Numbered from the stretch's first letter, positions 18,836 through 28,781 are shown. The stretch is DNA of 64,000 nt from a virus (IMGVR_UViG_2974592485_000001:1-64000); one strand, 5' to 3'. A program made the numbers and translations. The notes: generated by a model from the letters alone, not told the origin.

Positions 18836-19453
18836 TTAGGTACGTAATGTATCATTAGTATACCCCCTATTTTTAGCCTGATCTTTAATAGATCTGTCTA
18901 AGGTGATAATACCTGTGTTTAAGTCCACGCACTTATTCCAAGTAACATGTTCCCCCGCTTTAATAGCCTCTACATTAATCGGGCCTTTAGGTAATAACTC
19001 TACTGACACATTGATATACCTAGAGTCAGGAATAGAGGCATCATGAACATGCCCATGTACGCTAATGTTACCCCTTAACTCTAGAGGGTGACATGGAACA
19101 TGGGAATATAAGTACCCTGATTTTTTACGCTGTAAAGTAATATCAGTAAATACACTGGACAATTCTGATACTGTAATGCCTTCTCGTTCTGCATCATGAT
19201 TACCGATTCGTAGGAAGCAGGGAATCCTGACACCCTTAAACTGCAAGACCTTGTGCAGCGCAGCAATCCCTTGCCTACCCACGATAACATCCCCTAGAAG
19301 CTCAAAAGACGTGTTTTTACTTTTAATGGACTGACTTAGCAATTCTAGAATGGCTTCGTCGTGCTCTTTCATAGACTTACCCAACCACGGACGCCACTTA
19401 TACGCGTTCGGGTGGTCTAAGTGTAAATCCGACCATACTAAAACTTGTGTCAT
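18836..19453 (-). CDS. metallophosphoesterase
   Basis: SDLH, LGD, GNHD, SHVP and HGHVH motifs. Confidence 0.88.
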   Translation of the reverse strand: MTQVLVWSDLHLDHPNAYKWRPWLGKSMKEHDEAILELLSQSIKSKNTSFELLGDVIVGRQGIAALHKVLQFKGVRIPCFLRIGNHDAEREGITVSELSSVFTDITLQRKKSGYLYSHVPCHPLELRGNISVHGHVHDASIPDSRYINVSVELLPKGPINVEAIKAGEHVTWNKCVDLNTGIITLDRSIKDQAKNRGYTNDTLRT

Positions 19454-19965
19454 TCTGCTTTCTCCTGAAGTTCTCGCATAGATGCGTTGTATCCGTTACA
19501 GTACTCAGAAATACCTCGCATAAAACTAATTTTACCCGTCTCGTTAAAAGCTCTAGCCGCTTCTGCTGCACCTCTAACGTACTCTGGAGTTAGTTGGGTA
19601 GGCTTATGGCTTTCTACGCCTCTCATGTACTCATTATACCCTTGGCAGTATTTACTAATTCCTTTTAAGAAGGATATCTTACCAGTTTCTGAGTAGTTAT
19701 TGTGAGCAGCATCAATACCTTTGCGGATATCTTCTTGGTCTACTCTATCCTCGATAAGTTTCCATGTAGGTTCATACTCTGGCCAGTCGCTTTCCACAAC
19801 AACGGTCTCTAGAAGTGGTTTTCCTTGTGCTCTACGCATAGTCCTAAGAGTCATAAGAATTAGCTGTAGTGCCTCATAGTCCTTTACTGATACATACCCT
19901 TTGCTCATGGCTTGTTCTAGATCAGAGTTCTTAATAACTGTGTACCTATTAAAGTCTCTATTCAC
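19450..19965 (-). CDS. hypothetical protein with C-terminal tandem repeat
   Basis: 171 aa. Confidence 0.75.
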   Translation of the reverse strand: MNRDFNRYTVIKNSDLEQAMSKGYVSVKDYEALQLILMTLRTMRRAQGKPLLETVVVESDWPEYEPTWKLIEDRVDQEDIRKGIDAAHNNYSETGKISFLKGISKYCQGYNEYMRGVESHKPTQLTPEYVRGAAEAARAFNETGKISFMRGISEYCNGYNASMRELQEKAE

Positions 19966-20192
19966 TTATTTACCCCTGTAATGTCACAACGGACAGATGT
20001 AATAATAGAATCAGCTTGAGGCAAGAACCCTCTAGCAACTCCTACGTAGATTCCTGAGGGGTCTACTTTACCCCCTGCCTCAGTACATGCTTGAACAGCG
20101 TCTGATAAACTTAATCGTGTTCCCCCCATATCCCCATAGCACCCGGATAACAAGGGTAATGCTAGAAATACTGCTAGTAAATGCATTTTCAT
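19962..20192 (-). CDS. putative lipoprotein
   Basis: MKMHLLAVFLALPLLSG-C lipobox. Confidence 0.65.
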   Translation of the reverse strand: MKMHLLAVFLALPLLSGCYGDMGGTRLSLSDAVQACTEAGGKVDPSGIYVGVARGFLPQADSIITSVRCDITGVNK

Positions 20193-20194
20193 TA

Positions 20195-21043
20195 TTAAAG
20201 CTCCGTTACTATTCCGCAAGAGTCATATTGGTCTGTAGTAAAAGCAATGATCTTGCCTTTATCTACATGTGCTGCTGTCATTTTACCATTGAACACCCCA
20301 CCAGTATCTAAGTATACTCGGTTAGCATATTTAAGGGGGTGTGGTACTCCAGTATGCCCGTGGAATACTGCTGCTACACCGTTAACCTGTGGTACTACTA
20401 GTGGTAGCTGTTTACCTGCTGTAGCAAATCTATTGAAGTAAGGGTCACTACTAAGCTGCTCTTTGAAAGTAGAGAAACATACCTCTTCAATGACATTACG
20501 ATCCCAGATTACAGTTTGTAGATACTCCCAAGTTTGGGGTATATTAGTAAGCTTAAACCAGTTAGGAGTTTCTGGCTGAGTACCTGATGCAGGATACTGG
20601 AAAGGTATTCCTGCATGACAAATACCATATGTGTACCCACGGTGTTCTACGGTAATAAAGAAAGGCAGTTTATTAGCCATATCTTCTGCAATACCCTGAA
20701 TAGTATCCGTATCCAGCCCATCTTTAATTACCCACGTACCCCCGTTGTACATCCAATTGTCGTAATCATCGTTGGCCATGAAAAAATCATGGTTACCCAT
20801 AACTGAGTGGAAACGCTTGTTGTACAGAAAAGTTCCTAGCACCTTAAGGTTATCTGGGCCACGATCGATCAAATCCCCTACACAGAAGACGTAATCTCCA
20901 CGTTTTTCACTGTATCCTGCTAGTTTAAGCGCTTGCATCATTAAATCGTAGCATCCGTGAATGTCCCCTAGAACGTAGAACTCTACATCATCCGGTACTA
21001 CTATAGTTTTGTGTTGTACAAAGTTATCTGGATTAAATTTCAT
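20195..21043 (-). CDS. Ser/Thr protein phosphatase (PPP family)
   Basis: GDIHG, GDLIDRG, GNHD, HGHT, LDTG. Confidence 0.92.
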   Translation of the reverse strand: MKFNPDNFVQHKTIVVPDDVEFYVLGDIHGCYDLMMQALKLAGYSEKRGDYVFCVGDLIDRGPDNLKVLGTFLYNKRFHSVMGNHDFFMANDDYDNWMYNGGTWVIKDGLDTDTIQGIAEDMANKLPFFITVEHRGYTYGICHAGIPFQYPASGTQPETPNWFKLTNIPQTWEYLQTVIWDRNVIEEVCFSTFKEQLSSDPYFNRFATAGKQLPLVVPQVNGVAAVFHGHTGVPHPLKYANRVYLDTGGVFNGKMTAAHVDKGKIIAFTTDQYDSCGIVTEL

Positions 21044-21147
21044 TTACTTACTCCTTCTCAAATTTATACATATATTATATCAAAATTTGGGATACTTAGC
21101 AAGAAATAAAAAACCCTGATCAGCTGATCAGGGTTAGTGGGTTATGT

Positions 21148-21444
21148 TTACAGATCTTCCGCGTAAAAGGTTTCATCAGTGTATTCTTTAAAGTCTCTGA
21201 TAGCATTTTCTAGCAAAGAAGATTTAAGGTAACTTCCTGTTAGTATATGATGTGCTTCCTCGTTCTCAAATAGAACTACTGTGGGCACAGATCGTATACC
21301 ACATTTCCTCATCTGCTCTGTATCATCCTCAAATACTGCGTATGGTAGCCCTGAAGTAATGGCTATATCGGTAAACACGGGTTTAAAACTTCTACAAGGT
21401 ACACACGTACTGCTTGTAAATAGGGCGATTCTCTTACCTTGCAT
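21148..21444 (-). CDS. thioredoxin
   Basis: CVPC and SVPT motifs. Confidence 0.85.
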   Translation of the reverse strand: MQGKRIALFTSSTCVPCRSFKPVFTDIAITSGLPYAVFEDDTEQMRKCGIRSVPTVVLFENEEAHHILTGSYLKSSLLENAIRDFKEYTDETFYAEDL

Positions 21445-21796
21445 TAATAGCCTCCAAAAATGCTTTCATTACTTTAACTGTTGCGGAATCCAAATCTACT
21501 GTAGTGCCTAGACAGGTACACACAGCTTCTATATACGGCTGTTTAAGTTTACCTTCTGGTACTTTTACTTTGGTACACTTATTGGCTTTGACAACCTCAA
21601 CTATTTTCCCTAGTGTTGGCATACTAAGCTTCTGCCCTTCAATATTAGTTCCCAGCAAACCTGTTAACTCTTTATTAAGATCAATTCTTGTAACTCGCTT
21701 ACTTGACATAGGAATACCTTCTCTAAGAGATATGGTTAATTCTGCGTGACTTACTTTGAAGTGGGCTGCTTGTTGCATATAGAATCTATCTGACAT
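21434..21796 (-). CDS. T5-like hypothetical protein
   Basis: 120 aa. Confidence 0.8.
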   Translation of the reverse strand: MSDRFYMQQAAHFKVSHAELTISLREGIPMSSKRVTRIDLNKELTGLLGTNIEGQKLSMPTLGKIVEVVKANKCTKVKVPEGKLKQPYIEAVCTCLGTTVDLDSATVKVMKAFLEAINAR

Positions 21797-21871
21797 TATT
21801 TAGCCCTTACCTTTGTTAATTAATACTAATATTATAACAAAATAGGGGCTAAATGTCAAATGTATTTTTAC

Positions 21872-22285
21872 CTAAACAAGCTCTATGTGTCCGCCGTCAA
21901 ACGTGCCTCTCTTGATTTCATCTTTATAATCTCCAGAGCCGTTCCAGTCTGCACCTAATTTGATAGGAATACCCATCTTTTCTGCTTCCTGCTTAAAGAT
22001 TTTTGCTATCGTCCAGAATGCCTCTAGATCATCCCAATTTATTTTACCATTAATGAATGGTGCAAAATCTATAGCATCCCCTGTTATATGCTTAGACTTA
22101 CTAGGATCTTTTAAGAAAGACGTTCCGTTAGCAACATTTTGTTGGCTTTGACTCAACGTACGTTTTCCTTGTATTACGGTGAAGTCTATAGGGCTAACTG
22201 ATAACACTTGTATAGCTAACTCTTTAAGTTGCGGTTTAACTGTGTCTAGCTGGGCTAAACTTCTACTTCCGAATCTAAAACTCAT
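21872..22285 (-). CDS. lys: endolysin, L-Ala-D-Glu peptidase (M15)
   Basis: SKH.TG.AIDF and D.GHIEL motifs; adjacent to holin. Confidence 0.93.
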   Translation of the reverse strand: MSFRFGSRSLAQLDTVKPQLKELAIQVLSVSPIDFTVIQGKRTLSQSQQNVANGTSFLKDPSKSKHITGDAIDFAPFINGKINWDDLEAFWTIAKIFKQEAEKMGIPIKLGADWNGSGDYKDEIKRGTFDGGHIELV

Positions 22286-22938
22286 ATCGCTCTACCTAAG
22301 TATCTTTGTTGCGCTGAACAAAGTCGTGATAAATAGTCCTCAAACATTGCAATTTCCCCCCTAGGAACAGGAAGTTCAGTGTATGCAATGCCTATATACC
22401 CTGCATAAATATTATTTAAATTAAAATATGGGCAAGTATATATGTAATTAAAAGTTATTGCTCTTAAAGCAGGTATATCCGCACCATTATACCGTATAAC
22501 TTTCACCTCATTATTAATGGAGTAATTAGATCCTTCTAACTGTCTTTTATACAGCTGTGAAGCTTTATTAACAGGTTTATCCTCCATATCGGCTTTGTCT
22601 AGCTGGGATTTACCTTCCCAAGCTATGATGTTTTGGTAGTCATTAATACCATCTGGTTTGTATTTTACTACAAATACTGCATCAGCCTCTGTTTGGGAAA
22701 ACAATATCATGCTCTTCTCTCTAGCTACTGTAGGGAAGGATGTAACTCTTTGAGTTTGCATATCTTCAATAACGGAATTTGTAGAAAATACCCTTAGAAA
22801 AGATACTATCTCACTTGTATGAGCTATAGATAGGTACATCAGAACTGTTACAAATATAGTAAGAATTCTTTTTAAAAGAGTGGCGGGATCTTTAGCCTCC
22901 GCCAACATAAGTGCAAGTAGTTGTATAAATTTATCCAC
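22282..22938 (-). CDS. holin (T4 T / T5-type)
   Basis: 218 aa, single N-terminal TM, CPYFNL.NIYAGYI motif. Confidence 0.9.
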   Translation of the reverse strand: MDKFIQLLALMLAEAKDPATLLKRILTIFVTVLMYLSIAHTSEIVSFLRVFSTNSVIEDMQTQRVTSFPTVAREKSMILFSQTEADAVFVVKYKPDGINDYQNIIAWEGKSQLDKADMEDKPVNKASQLYKRQLEGSNYSINNEVKVIRYNGADIPALRAITFNYIYTCPYFNLNNIYAGYIGIAYTELPVPRGEIAMFEDYLSRLCSAQQRYLGRAI

Positions 22939-23075
22939 AATATCCCCCTAACCCCTACATTATATTACATTATTTTACAGGGTACAATAAAATATTTTTG
23001 CTAGGGAATATATAATTATTTCAGTAGGGTATATAACGAAAAAGACCAGAGGTTGCTAGCCTCTGGTCATGGGTA

Positions 23076-23660
23076 CTATTGTTCAGGATACCGAAACTTT
23101 TCCAGTGTCTTAAGGCGTTCACCGATATCCTTGTGATTTAGATAAATATCGCGGTTGTTCTTAACCATATCCTCAATTTCTTCCTCTGTAAAGAATGGAT
23201 AATATAGCTCAACCATCATGTCCTCCACAAACTTAGAAGTTGATTCAAAGGAGTCCCTAGCTTCGTTCCCTTTCCCGTAGAATCCCCCTCTAAAGGTATG
23301 TGCCATTAAGGTAGAGAAAGGATACACTACCCACGAATGACAGGATAGGAATAAGGTACACGCTGCACTAGCAGACGGGCCTACTAGATGCCCTATAACA
23401 TGGGCTTTACTGGTCTGTATAAGGTTACTTAACTGAGCCGCAGTATCTATGTATCCCCCAGGGCTGTTAATCATGATGTTTACTACGTCACCTTCGTTGG
23501 CTCCTGATAAGACTTCTGATAACCCACGGTAAAGTGAAGCATCTCGTATAGGCTCATCTAAGTAGTAGGTATATTCCTTACTTTGTGCCACTTTACTAAA
23601 CAAATTAGTAGCTTTTTCTTCTTGCTCTTCGATATCTCTATCCATACGTACGTTATTCAT
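23076..23660 (-). CDS. ClpP-like protease
   Basis: INSPGG, ASAA and MAH motifs. Confidence 0.9.
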   Translation of the reverse strand: MNNVRMDRDIEEQEEKATNLFSKVAQSKEYTYYLDEPIRDASLYRGLSEVLSGANEGDVVNIMINSPGGYIDTAAQLSNLIQTSKAHVIGHLVGPSASAACTLFLSCHSWVVYPFSTLMAHTFRGGFYGKGNEARDSFESTSKFVEDMMVELYYPFFTEEEIEDMVKNNRDIYLNHKDIGERLKTLEKFRYPEQ

Positions 23661-23689
23661 AGAACTCCTAGAATACCTTTAAGGTCTTA

Positions 23690-24415
23690 TTACGCCTTCA
23701 TATCGAAGACTACATCAGCTAACGTTTTCTTAAAGGGCTCTAACCCTTCTTTACGATTAATAATATCTACAGAGATTAAAGAGTCTCTTATTCCCCCCTC
23801 AGACTTATGTGAGGATTCTGAAATTGAAGTTGTATTATTAGGTAGACTAATTCTAATTACAGAAGAGTTAGGTAGCTCTGATAGCACTAACTCAGCTTCA
23901 TTATCGAATCTAACATCAGTTATAATACATGTTTCTGCACTAGAGGAAAGTACCTTACTTTTAAGTATATCAGTCCAAATAGTCTCAGAGATCATCATTC
24001 TCCCAAATTCCGTACCTATTAACTGTAGCACGATCCTAGGGGAGGTAAACATACTAAACTCCCATACGTCTTTATTGAACACACAGTAGTTGCCCAAAGG
24101 TAATAGGTATTTTTGGAAGAACTCTCCAAAGACATAAGCAAAATCCTCTTCTTTGGTATCAATACCGTATTTTTGGTATAGTAGGTGCATCTTTCTAATG
24201 GAGTCTTGAGTTATAGTATACCAGTTGGGCAAATCTTTAATTGCATCTGCCGATATATAATCAACTGGGCTACTTATAAGTGTCGAAGTCAGATTATATA
24301 CTGGCTCAGCAAAACTGAATGTTTCAACATTAGGGAGCAGCTCAGAAATTAGAGCTGCCGCAGTGTCCTTCCCACTTCTAGCTTTCCCCGTTAAGCCTAT
24401 CACTGTCTTATTCAT
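23690..24415 (-). CDS. dnk: deoxynucleoside monophosphate kinase
   Basis: GKARSGKDT, R..LQ.IGTE.GR, TDVRF.NE, H.SE. Confidence 0.92.
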   Translation of the reverse strand: MNKTVIGLTGKARSGKDTAAALISELLPNVETFSFAEPVYNLTSTLISSPVDYISADAIKDLPNWYTITQDSIRKMHLLYQKYGIDTKEEDFAYVFGEFFQKYLLPLGNYCVFNKDVWEFSMFTSPRIVLQLIGTEFGRMMISETIWTDILKSKVLSSSAETCIITDVRFDNEAELVLSELPNSSVIRISLPNNTTSISESSHKSEGGIRDSLISVDIINRKEGLEPFKKTLADVVFDMKA

Positions 24416-24725
24416 TAGGTTTTAATCCTTTTGTTTGGCACCTTAGTTCCTGTAGATCTGCTCTATAGAAACATACCATGCTGGTTAAATTTAGTATGTA
24501 GTTAAGTTCTGTTTCTCTGCACACGGTTAGTTTTACCCAATCTGGGTACGGTAAAACTACAATAGGCTTATTATTTTCTGCCCTAAATTCAAAAGAGTAT
24601 TCACACTTATTTAGGGGCGGGGGCCAGTCTACGTGTACTGATACCGGATTCTCAGTTTTAGGGGCGGTGCACCCTACTAGTATAGATAGTATTACCGGCA
24701 GTATTGCCTGTTTCCACTTGCACAT
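24408..24725 (-). CDS. o-spanin (lipoprotein)
   Basis: LVGC lipobox, Pro-rich, overlaps the i-spanin end. Confidence 0.8.
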   Translation of the reverse strand: MCKWKQAILPVILSILVGCTAPKTENPVSVHVDWPPPLNKCEYSFEFRAENNKPIVVLPYPDWVKLTVCRETELNYILNLTSMVCFYRADLQELRCQTKGLKPNE

Positions 24726-25084
24726 GCTAATCTTTCCTCTAGGTCTGCATTTTGCTTCTTAGCAATTCTAGTTACCAATCCCGGCTTAGCTGCAATAATA
24801 TCTTCCCTAGATAAGCTATCAGTTAATTTTGATACCCTATTATTAAGAGCATTTTGGTTAGTAAGAACTGTTGTGTGATACCAACCCATAGATACCATTT
24901 TTTTAGATAGAGCTTCATTCTTCTCCTCTAAAAGAGATACTTGAGATTTGAATCCCTGTACGTCCTCAGATAGTGAGGATATTTTGTTCACTCCAAGGTA
25001 CCCCAGGGATAATACACATAGTACTAAGAGTAGCACGTATACCCAAGGGCTTGAGAATACTGATTTTAGTGCTGTTGTAAACAT
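24692..25084 (-). CDS. i-spanin
   Basis: N-terminal TM, coiled coil, AKPGLV motif. Confidence 0.8.
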   Translation of the reverse strand: MFTTALKSVFSSPWVYVLLLVLCVLSLGYLGVNKISSLSEDVQGFKSQVSLLEEKNEALSKKMVSMGWYHTTVLTNQNALNNRVSKLTDSLSREDIIAAKPGLVTRIAKKQNADLEERLACASGNRQYCR

Positions 25085-25704
25085 TATTTCATATTCCGAA
25101 AGGACTTTTTAGTGTCAAATCCTCTGGCTTCTAGCCTATCTTTTTCTGATACCTGAACAGTTTCAGGTGTAGGAGAACCTATTACTCCAAAAACATATGA
25201 TTCTAGCTGCTGGTGTAACCTGTATAGGTTAGGGTCAATCTCCTGCCAAGGTAGATCTATTAACCTAGGGTTTGTAGTTACAGTTATCGTGTTATCCCAG
25301 CCATTAGTCTTATTAACTAATACAATAGGTTCTTTATACTCTACAAATCTTTTTAGCTGTTCTGAGGATATTGATAGATTTTCAAGTTTATCCTTGGCAA
25401 AAAAGCCTATACTCTCGTTATGCTCCTTCAGATAATTCAAAGCCTTCTCTTTTGAAAAGGTCCGAAAATCTCCTAGAGTCCAAGAGGATATAGCATACAG
25501 CCAGTGTACTTCACCATATATAAACATGGGAGTTACAATAAAACTGCCGTTAGTAATTCTTATGTGTACAAACGGGAATACTGATTTTTTTGCATCCTCA
25601 TAAGGTAAGCTGTAGTCTTCGGACTTACGTACCCACTGTCTAGACCGGTCAAACATAGAATGCTGTAAGTCATACACATCTGTAAAACTAGAAATAATTC
25701 TCAT
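25084..25704 (-). CDS. conserved phage hypothetical protein
   Basis: 206 aa, MRIIS.F.D.YD...GFD.KKSFR pattern. Confidence 0.8.
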   Translation of the reverse strand: MRIISSFTDVYDLQHSMFDRSRQWVRKSEDYSLPYEDAKKSVFPFVHIRITNGSFIVTPMFIYGEVHWLYAISSWTLGDFRTFSKEKALNYLKEHNESIGFFAKDKLENLSISSEQLKRFVEYKEPIVLVNKTNGWDNTITVTTNPRLIDLPWQEIDPNLYRLHQQLESYVFGVIGSPTPETVQVSEKDRLEARGFDTKKSFRNMK

Positions 25705-25761
25705 ACCTACTCCTTATTACTGTATTCTACTACATAGTATAACTTACGTCAACTATATATT

Positions 25762-26145
25762 TTAATTTTGTTCTGCAAGCTTTCTTTGCTTCAATTGCTT
25801 TTTCCGATCTCGCAATATTAGTACAGATTCTAGATCATTAATGTTGCCCTCTGGTATAAACTCTTTAATGGTTTCTAGTTGTCGTACTACTCGATAAAGC
25901 ATCCTATTTGGTAGAGTAAATAGCATCCCTTCTACAAAGCCAGAGAACCCCGGCAAGGAAAAATATGCTTTCGCAGTAACATTACCATTGTCTGTTAGTG
26001 TCAGATCAATACTAATACCATCTTCTAGACTGTACAGCTGTACCCAGTTCCCATCACCACTAGAAGTCCATACTGAATAATCTTCACTAAGTTCTTCTTT
26101 AACATATGCAATAGCTTCTTTAATAGATTTGATATTATTCATCAT
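25762..26145 (-). CDS. hypothetical protein
   Basis: start likely MMNNIK (GAGG RBS). Confidence 0.7.
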   Translation of the reverse strand: MMNNIKSIKEAIAYVKEELSEDYSVWTSSGDGNWVQLYSLEDGISIDLTLTDNGNVTAKAYFSLPGFSGFVEGMLFTLPNRMLYRVVRQLETIKEFIPEGNINDLESVLILRDRKKQLKQRKLAEQN

Positions 26146-26473
26146 CCTCATCCTCAAGATCTGCGGCGCAGCTGTACTTGCAGTACGAACTAGCGCTGGA
26201 GCTTGTTTGTTTAGTAGTAATACTTCCATTACGGTGTACAGTTACTGCGGGTCCAGAGTAGTTTTTACTAGTGTAGATTTCCGTAGTACCATTTCTAGTC
26301 TTAACCTCACGTACTCTCCCGTACTCCTGAGTAATACCGTTTTCTTGCACACGTACCCTATTATTTTCAACGTGAACTTTTGTGGAGGCTCCTGCGGCAG
26401 CAATACCTAAAAATACTAGTGTAATTGCAAGCAGAAAACCTATGGCAATGCTTTTACAAGTAGGTTCACTCAT
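26135..26473 (-). CDS. secreted/membrane-anchored protein
   Basis: signal-like N-terminus. Confidence 0.7.
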   Translation of the reverse strand: MSEPTCKSIAIGFLLAITLVFLGIAAAGASTKVHVENNRVRVQENGITQEYGRVREVKTRNGTTEIYTSKNYSGPAVTVHRNGSITTKQTSSSASSYCKYSCAADLEDEDDE

Positions 26474-26756
26474 CTTCTAGTTCCTCGACGCAGTCAGAAC
26501 AGGTACACTCACCATTGTCGTCTACTCCTGGATCGCTAACTACCCACCAACAGTGCACACATCTACCAACTGATAGTATTTCCATAGCCTCGCATAGCAA
26601 GTCATTAGCGTCCCAGTCATCTAACTCAATGAATAGGGAAGCACAATCCTCAATAAGAAGATTTTCGAAATAGGAGTCTGACTCACAAGAACCTCTCATA
26701 TGTAAATCTACTATACGTTTGGCCAGCTCTAGGGCTTGTTTTTTATTATTACTCAT
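26466..26756 (-). CDS. hypothetical zinc-binding protein
   Basis: start MSNNKK; C-terminal CxxC...CxxC. Confidence 0.7.
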   Translation of the reverse strand: MSNNKKQALELAKRIVDLHMRGSCESDSYFENLLIEDCASLFIELDDWDANDLLCEAMEILSVGRCVHCWWVVSDPGVDDNGECTCSDCVEELEDE

Positions 26757-26946
26757 CTTCATCCTCACAAAGTATCGAGTCAATAATATCCAGCACACCA
26801 TCATAATCTATGTCTATCACACCCTTTACTTTTGGATGTTCAAGAACTCCGCTAACTATGGAACCTACAGTTATCTTTGAGTCCTGCATAGAGTCTAGTA
26901 TGGCTAGGTGTATATTTTCTATTTCGTCCTGTGTGTACCAGCTCAT
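26749..26946 (-). CDS. hypothetical protein
   Basis: 65-aa acidic ORF, coupled. Confidence 0.7.
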   Translation of the reverse strand: MSWYTQDEIENIHLAILDSMQDSKITVGSIVSGVLEHPKVKGVIDIDYDGVLDIIDSILCEDEDE

Positions 26947-27179
26947 AGCTTACTTACCCCTAGAATGGTCACATAATTTATGTTTTTCTTTTCTTTATAG
27001 TCATAAGATACTTGTTCTACAGTAGCTACTGTAGGGCTATTGCGCATTAAATTAGGTGGGACAATAACTAAATCCCCTTTAGTAATTTTTAGTTTAGAGG
27101 ATGAAGGTACTCGATAAACATAAGTACCTGAGTTGCTACTAAAAAACTTAACACCTACGTGGTAAAATTCAGGTTTCAT
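26943..27179 (-). CDS. hypothetical protein
   Basis: 78 aa after promoter, GGAGG RBS. Confidence 0.75.
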   Translation of the reverse strand: MKPEFYHVGVKFFSSNSGTYVYRVPSSSKLKITKGDLVIVPPNLMRNSPTVATVEQVSYDYKEKKNINYVTILGVSKL

Positions 27180-27306
27180 AAGGCCTCCGATTTAATTTAT
27201 AAACATATTATATCAAATAATTAGGCGTTAAGCAAGTAATAATTAATAAAAAAGCCTAGACACGGGTAGTATCTAGGCTTGCACTAAAAGTTATTTGCTG
27301 GAGAAG

Positions 27307-27789
27307 TTAATTCTTCTTCTTATTATAATAGTTTTCTAAGGTATTTCGTAATGTTAAAAGTTCTTCGGATGTTAGCTTAAACTTTTTAGATTTGAAAGGG
27401 ACTACTGTTGTGTCTAAACATACCTTAACCCCAGAATTGTCCAAAAGCTTATACGCTAAGTTCTCTAACTTAATCATGTCAGAATACTCTAGGTAGTCAT
27501 CTAATTTTCCCTCAAATGCGGAAATTAGTTTGTCAAAGTCTTTTATAGGATTAAGTTCTATTGAGAATCGGTAAATTGATCCTTGTTTAGAGTAATCAGT
27601 ATTTTCTAATTTCCACCCATGATTTAAAGTTCGGTCATAAAATATGAGCAAAGGTTTTCCGGATATAGAAGAACGCTGAACGTGTTCTTTCGGAATATCT
27701 GCCCAATAGTTTAGAACTCCTACCCACCAGTTTTTGAGCCATCTAAGCACTGTGTTACTCCTCAAGGAACTTTCTACGCATTTCTTCAT
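27307..27789 (-). CDS. hypothetical protein (start uncertain)
   Basis: 160-aa ORF. Confidence 0.65.
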   Translation of the reverse strand: MKKCVESSLRSNTVLRWLKNWWVGVLNYWADIPKEHVQRSSISGKPLLIFYDRTLNHGWKLENTDYSKQGSIYRFSIELNPIKDFDKLISAFEGKLDDYLEYSDMIKLENLAYKLLDNSGVKVCLDTTVVPFKSKKFKLTSEELLTLRNTLENYYNKKKN

Positions 27790-27943
27790 ATGACTCGTTA
27801 GGTCTATAGGTACGCCCTATAGATTCGTTATTAATAATACATGAACCATCTGGTTGTTCATACATTATGTGAACTTCATCTATAATGATGATCCTAGGAT
27901 TGCTCCCACTTAAACTGTGTTGAGTAAATTCAAAGGGTTTCAT
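27755..27943 (-). CDS. hypothetical protein
   Basis: 62 aa, AAGGA RBS. Confidence 0.65.
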   Translation of the reverse strand: MKPFEFTQHSLSGSNPRIIIIDEVHIMYEQPDGSCIINNESIGRTYRPNESYEEMRRKFLEE

Positions 27944-27959
27944 GTTTATCCTTGCAATT

Positions 27960-28045
27960 TGGTAGCGAACGTTGGAATCGAACCAACCTAGGCTAGAGCG
28001 CCGAGGGTTATGAGCCCCCTGAGTTCACCAGAACTCTAGTTCGCG
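27960..28045 (-). tRNA. tRNA-Met(CAT), initiator-like, long variable arm
   Basis: C1xU72 mismatch, GGG/CCC anticodon stem, CTCATAA loop, CCA encoded. Confidence 0.85.
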
Positions 28046-28046
28046 A

Positions 28047-28310
28047 TTATTTTCCGAGGAATATCCCTCTAGTAAGATCACGCTCTTCTTGAACGTCTAG
28101 ATACCCTTTATATGCCATAACTCCTTGAACAAAACCAAGCCAGCGATGTTTCTTCGTAAGACTTTGCTCAGGGTTATCTAACAGTTCCAGTAACATCCAG
28201 TACAAATGTTCTTCTAGAAATGGATAGTCAGGAGAAGGAGTTGGCTGTAAAAATATACTATTCTCTTTAAGAACACCGATGTACCTGTTTATAATTTCAG
28301 GGTAGAACAT
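28047..28310 (-). CDS. hypothetical protein
   Basis: start MFYPE (GGAGG RBS); K.HRWLGFVQG motif. Confidence 0.7.
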   Translation of the reverse strand: MFYPEIINRYIGVLKENSIFLQPTPSPDYPFLEEHLYWMLLELLDNPEQSLTKKHRWLGFVQGVMAYKGYLDVQEERDLTRGIFLGK

Positions 28311-28329
28311 TTTACCTCCGTAATAAATT

Positions 28330-28407
28330 TGGGGTGGTCGACGGGAGTTGAACCCGCATCTTCTTGAATCACAGTCAAGATCATTAGTCCAATTATGATA
28401 CGACCAC
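28330..28407 (-). tRNA. tRNA-His(GTG)
   Basis: cloverleaf, C73, CCA. Confidence 0.93.
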
Positions 28408-28529
28408 AAGTGAATACTATCAACGGTTGATCAGACCTTCTCTGCCAGCTATCGAACTGTTCTATTCTGACAGTTATCCCGTATTGTCCTAGATTACCTA
28501 GTCGTGGGGCTTTTAATAGTACTCACTTG

Positions 28530-28630
28530 TGGCGAGCCTAGGAAACTCTTCTCACTAACAACTAGTTGATTACTCTTAGATTGTTGCCCAAGAAATTCTC
28601 TAGAAAGGAGCACCGTTACACCATCGGCCC
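28530..28630 (-). ncRNA. tRNA-like RNA (acceptor stem + GCCA, divergent body)
   Basis: GGGCCGA...TAGGCTC-G-CCA. Confidence 0.45.
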
Positions 28631-28643
28631 ATTGTTTGTTATC

Positions 28644-28774
28644 AAGGAGTAGAAGGATTCGAACCTCCAAGAGCTAGACCATTTAGCTCAACCGGCCGTC
28701 GAGTAGTTTCATAGGAGTGGATGTTCCTAATAAACTCGTTAGCTAGTCCCGTCTACCAATTCCGGCATACTCCA
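28644..28774 (-). ncRNA. Leu-like tRNA body with a long hairpin in place of the anticodon loop
   Basis: acceptor, D (GAATTGGTAGAC), long V and T (GGTTCGAATCC) arms intact. Confidence 0.7.
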
Positions 28775-28781
28775 AGATTCT

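Noticed and set aside
28460-28485. 23S rRNA PTC mimic (GGGATAAC, also at ~42241)
   Set aside because: Only an 8-nt match, with no surrounding rRNA similarity.
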